Source of the DNA: Mobula birostris
Lineage: Eukaryota
Length of the DNA stretch: 64,000 bases
NCBI RefSeq assembly: GCF_030028105.1
Contig: NC_092398.1
Span: 28,552,424 to 28,616,423, forward strand
Direction of reading: 5' to 3'
The notes under the pieces are model-generated. The model saw only the letters and a program-made list of their open reading frames with translations. It did not search any database and was not told the origin of the DNA. The stretch's first letter is position 1; every line of letters begins with the position of its first letter. The translations under genes were made by a program, and so were the position numbers. This document shows, in pieces, positions 59,791 through 64,000 of this stretch.

Positions 59791-62239
59791 CTCAGATAAA
59801 CACTAATTAGAAGGATAGTTTGAGTCATCTCAAAGCCATTCTGAGTTGGGAATGAGTTACTTAAGACAAGGTGATTTCTATCTCCTGAGTTGCAGACTGC
59901 ATCTATCAGTTACAGTTTCAATCTCTTTCCTTTTATGTTAGACATCACAACATCAATGCCTCAACAAGCTCTATAGAACCATACAGCATAGAAACAGGCC
60001 TTTCAGCCCAACTGGTGCATGCTGGCCAAGATTCACATCCAAACCAATACTACTTGTCCATATTTGGCACACATCATTTACCCTGTTTGCACTCCCTGCC
60101 TTCCCCCCTTTTCCCTCTCCCCCACCTTGAAATCTTTCTTATCCATGTACTTTTCAAATGCTTCTCTTCCGCCTGCCTCAGTCAATTCCTCTCGTAGTTT
60201 GTCGTATATAGACACACATAGCTCTCCAACTGGGACAAGGCCTCTTCTCATTACAATCACTGGGATGAGGTTCAGGAGGCCGAAGAGCCAGCTTCTGCCA
60301 TCAGATTTCGGAACAGTTCATGAATCCACGAATACTACTTCGCTGTTCTTTTGCTTTTGCACTAATTTATGGTCTGTGCACTGTACTGCCGCTGTAAAAC
60401 TACAAATGAACAGAATCAGGTTTATTTTCACTGGCGTCTATTAGCAGCGGCAATAACTGACTTTGGAGAAAGAAAATTAAATAACCAAGTAAATCAATTA
60501 CAGTACATTGAATAGATTAAAAGATATATTAAAAAAGTGAGGTAGTGTTCATGTTTTCAAGGTCCATTTAGGAATCTTATGGCAGAGTGGAAGAAGCTGT
60601 TCCTAAATCGCTGAGTGTGTGCCTTCAGGCTTCTGTACCTCCTTCCTGGCGGTAACAATGAGAAAAGATCATGCCCTGGGTGATGGGGGTCCTTAATAAT
60701 GGACACTGCCTTTCTGAGGTACCGCTCCTTGAAGATGTCCTGGGTACTACGGAGGCTAGCACCCAAGATGGAGCCGACTAATTCTACAACTTTCTGTAGC
60801 TTCTTTTGGTCCTGTACCTGCCCCCTACCATACCTGACAGTGATGCAGCCTGTCAGAATGCTCTCCACAGTACATCTATAGAAGTTTTGAAGAGTTTTAG
60901 GTGACAAACCAAATCTCTTCAAAATCCTAATGAAATATCGCCACTGTGTCGGCTTTTTGATACCTGGATCAATATGTTGGAACCAGGTTAGGTCCTCAGA
61001 GATTTTGACACCCAGGACTTGAAATTGCTCACTCTCTCATTGTGTCCTAAACGAAACTTATAATTTAAACTGATTCTGATACTGACCACCCTCTGGGTGA
61101 AAGGGTTGCTCCTCAGGCTCATAGTAAATCTCTCTCCTCTCATTTTAAACCTACATTCTAGTTCTCGATTCCCCATCGCTGGGGAAAAGACTGCACATTC
61201 ACCCTAAATATGCTGTTAATGATTTTGGAAGGTGGAAATGAGGGGGATCAAACTGAGCAAGGTTAGGAAGGAGGAGGAGGAGGAGGGAGAAACAATCTCC
61301 ATAAATTCCCTCCATTTAAGTGACACCCAACACCATCCCCTCCCATTTATCCCTCCCACCCACCTTTCCCACTAATCCCCCAGGCAGTTCGATAACCATC
61401 TCCCATCATAAACCAATTCCTCCTTCCAGTTATTCCCTCTCTCCTCCTGCACCCACCTCCTGAGAATCAGTCTGCACTGCCTCCTCACACACACCCCTTC
61501 AGCACAAATCTCTGAAACCACCCCCTTAAACTCAACACCTCCCCTCATCACTCACTCCACATTTACCTGCTCACACTTTGCACAGACCTGGTTAGCTTCA
61601 ACCAGTCCTCCAACCCATCAATCCTCCCATCTGCAATCTCCTTCCAACCCCTGCATCACCCAGCCACACAACTCCCAGGCTCTGCATCTGTCTCATTCTT
61701 TCTACCCTCTGCACCATTCTTCACCCCACCCTCTGATCTACCTGGTCAACACCTAATGCACCCACCCTTGTCAGTCCACGCCCTCTCCCCCTTCCCTGCG
61801 CACTCACACATCACGCCCATTCTCTGTAGCCACCTTTCTGAATGCATCTGCTCCACACCCTATCCCTTCTCAGTCTAAACCGCGCAGATGTGCGGCCGCG
61901 CAGTTACTGAAATGCTCCCGCTCACATAGCCATCGTAGCTGTGCAGCTGGAATTTTCTTTAGTGCTGACGGCGAACGTGGATTCAGTTTTATGAATTAAA
62001 TCAAATGTAAATCCAGGAGCAGACTAGAAGTGGAACATGTAGATGATCTGATGAGGGCTCAGAAGTATCTTTCATCTGGATGTGAAATTAATCTGGATGA
62101 CGTTTACAGGCAAAAGATTTGTAATAAAGACAGACAAGAGAAAGTTTATGAAACTAGCAAGATTTCCTTTGTTGTGCTGTATTTAATTATGCCCTTCAAT
62201 TAATACATAAAATAAAATGTATGTGATTCTAAAAATGCA

Positions 62240-62855
62240 AACACGAGAAAATCTGCAGATGATGGAAATTCAAGCAACACACATCAAAGTTGCTGGTGAA
62301 CGCAGCAGGCCAGGCAGCATCTATAGGAAGAGGTACAGTTGACGTTTCGGGCCGAGACCCTTCATCAGGACTAACAGGAAAAAAAGAGATAGTAAGAGAT
62401 TTGAAAGTGGGAGGAGGAGGGGGAGGGGGAGATCCGAAATGATAGGAGAAGACAGGAGGGGGAGGGATGAAGCCTAGAGCTGGGAGGTTGATTGGCAAAA
62501 GGGATACAAGGCTGGAGAAGGGGGAGTATCATGGGACGGAAGCCCTTGAAAGAAAGCAGAAAAGGGAAGGGAGCACCAGAGGAAGATGAAGAACAAGCGC
62601 CTGTAGTCTCCCTTCTCTAGCCTTGTATCCCTTTTGCCAATCAACCTCCCAGCTCTTGGCTTCATCCCTCCCCCTCCTGTCTTCTCCTATCATTTCGGGT
62701 CTCCCCCTCCCCTCCCCCTCCCACTTTCAAATCTCTTACTACCTCTTTTTTCCGTTAGTCCTGAAGAACGGTCTCGACCCGAAACGTCGACTCTACCGCT
62801 TCCTATAGATGCTGCCTGGCCTGCTGTGTTCCACCAGCATTTTGTGTGTGTTAAA
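62240..62855. mobile_element. Inverted pair of Penelope ends, each with a hammerhead motif
   Basis: 62240-62590 is the reverse complement of 62600-62855. Hammerhead cores at 62337-62372(-) and 62757-62792(+). Confidence 0.85.
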
Positions 62856-63104
62856 TGTATGTGATTGTTCAGTTTTCATTCTAAATATTCATAGTATGTT
62901 ATTTACAAAAAAAAATTAAAGAGCTACGCAGTTTTCAGGACATGTAAAAATTTCCTGCTCAGAACAATGGTTGGTCCGTGCAGCTGTAAAAGATATTAGA
63001 GCGAGCTTTGCATCCAATTCACCCACCTGCCACCTCCATCCAGTGTACCTGAGTGCCCCCAATACCCTCTGCGGCCATCCAGCTGCCCACATCTCTGCAC
63101 CCAC

Positions 63105-64000
63105 CCAACCATCCCCATCTTCTGCAACTGTCTATCCCTCACCCCTCCCATCCTCTACAACTGTCTATCCCTCACCCCCATCCTCTACAACTGTCTATCC
63201 CTCACCCCCATCCTCTACAACTGTCTATCCCTCACCCCCATCCTCTACAACTGTCTATCCCTCATCCCTCCCATCCTCTACAACTGTCTATCCCTCACCC
63301 CTCCCATCCTCTACAACTGTCTATCCCTCACCCCTCCCATCCTCTACAACTGTCTATCCCTCACCCCTCCCATCCTCTACAACTGTCTATCCCTCACCCC
63401 TCCCATCCTCTACAACTGTCTATCCCTCACCCCTCCCATCCTCTACAACTGTCTATCCCTCACCCCTCCCATCCTCTACAACTGTCCATCCCTCACCCCC
63501 ATCCTCTACAACTGTCTATCCCTCACCCCTCCCATCCTCTACAACTGACTATCCCTCACCCCTCCCATCCTCTGCAACTTCCTATCCCTCACCCCTCCCA
63601 TCCTCTACAACTGACTATCCCTCACCCCTCCCATCCTCTACAACTGTCTATCCCTCACCCCCATCCTCTACAACTGTCTATCCCTCACCCCTCCCATCCT
63701 CTACAACTGTCTATCCCTCACCCCTCCCATCCTCTACAACTCTCTATCCCTCACCCCTCCCATCCTCTACAACTGTCTATCCCTCACCCCTCCCATCCTC
63801 TACAACTGTCTATCCCTCACCCCTCCCATCCTCTACAACTGTCCATCCCTCACCCCCATCCTCTACAACTGTCTATCCCTCACCCCTCCCATCCTCTACA
63901 ACTGTCTATCCCTCACCCCTCCCATCCTCTACAACTGACTATCCCTCACCCCTCCCATCCTCTACAACTGTCTATCCCTCACCCCTCCCATCCTCTACAA
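63105..64000. repeat. 33/30-bp C-rich minisatellite running off the window end
   Basis: Unit ccatcctctacaactgtctatccctcacccctc (33 nt), with a 30-nt variant lacking ctc. Confidence 0.97.

Noticed and set aside
61290-61870. C-rich stretch as a mucin-like exon
   Set aside because: No convincing splice sites or long ORF; low-complexity pyrimidine-rich DNA.

Overview
Vertebrate genomic DNA, almost certainly from a cartilaginous fish (inferred from the V-SINE/HE1-like, Penelope, Rex1/Babar, CR1 and RTE repeat complement). Most of the window is nested transposon debris. Inside it is one apparently intact multi-exon MHC gene on the + strand (CDS 9486..40487, 7 coding exons, 888 nt, 295 aa). It has class II beta-chain architecture (leader, one membrane-distal domain, one C1 Ig domain, Gly-patterned TM, cytoplasmic tail) but class I-type motifs (YAYDG; P-x-x-x-G-x-FQ in place of the class II NGDW), which fits a W-category beta (WB) chain. 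A second signal-peptide exon lies head-to-head on the - strand (5451..5511), a candidate for the partner alpha (WA) gene whose other exons would lie left of the window. A third, disrupted MHC membrane-distal exon lies on the - strand at 59533..59790 and is absent from the ORF track. Also present: Penelope ends carrying minimal hammerhead ribozymes, several nested transposons with resolvable TIRs and TSDs, a probable antisense solo LTR in the predicted 3' UTR, and two minisatellites. No database searches were run; all family assignments are from motif recognition.
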